Assembly: GCA_030324005.1 (NCBI GenBank) | Contig: JARDVH010000025.1 | Coordinates: 99,362,798 to 99,426,797 of the forward strand | DNA: 64,000 bases | Reading direction: 5' to 3' | Origin: Negaprion brevirostris | Lineage: Eukaryota | In this document: positions 63,916 to 64,000 of the stretch, in pieces | Layout: the number at the start of each line of letters is the position of its first letter | Position numbering within the stretch: position 1 is the stretch's first letter | The notes under the pieces: model-generated | What the model was told of the DNA's origin: nothing | Database searches by the model: none | Seen by the model: the letters and a program-made list of their open reading frames with translations, nothing else | Program-made: the position numbers and the translations under genes

Positions 63916-64000
63916 CACTGTGTGTTCCACAAGGGTGTGCCATCAGCAGAACCAGAAGTTCCGGTGGCGTGAACAAGCAGAAAGTTTTGGCCTGAGAATT

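Noticed and set aside
1-64000. Prokaryotic-type systems (CRISPR arrays, operons, defence loci)
   Set aside because: The sequence is vertebrate repeat-rich DNA with no regularly spaced repeats or gene-dense ORFs.

Overview
This is eukaryotic, repeat-rich, apparently intergenic or deep-intronic vertebrate DNA. The repeat repertoire (HE1-type V-SINEs, SacSINE1-type DeuSINEs, many CR1 and L2 LINEs, Penelope elements) points to a shark or other elasmobranch draft assembly with many N gaps. I could not recognise any host protein-coding exon, tRNA, rRNA or CRISPR array. Most listed ORFs are chance frames, N-spanning artefacts or decayed TE coding sequence. The window contains a nearly full-length but decayed PIF/Harbinger transposase (about 0.5-1.3 kb) and many short TIR-bearing MITEs. 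It also holds two Penelope (GIY-YIG) elements with inverted pseudo-LTRs carrying minimal hammerhead ribozyme motifs, one of which has an intact catalytic core at 51423-51459, and a second hammerhead-bearing pLTR family. Other items are an RTE 3' end nested in a CR1 with a target-site duplication, a Vingi/Ingi-like RT fragment, and unique AT-rich blocks that look like enhancers or non-coding exons. Repeat boundaries are approximate and family names come from motif recognition, not database searches.
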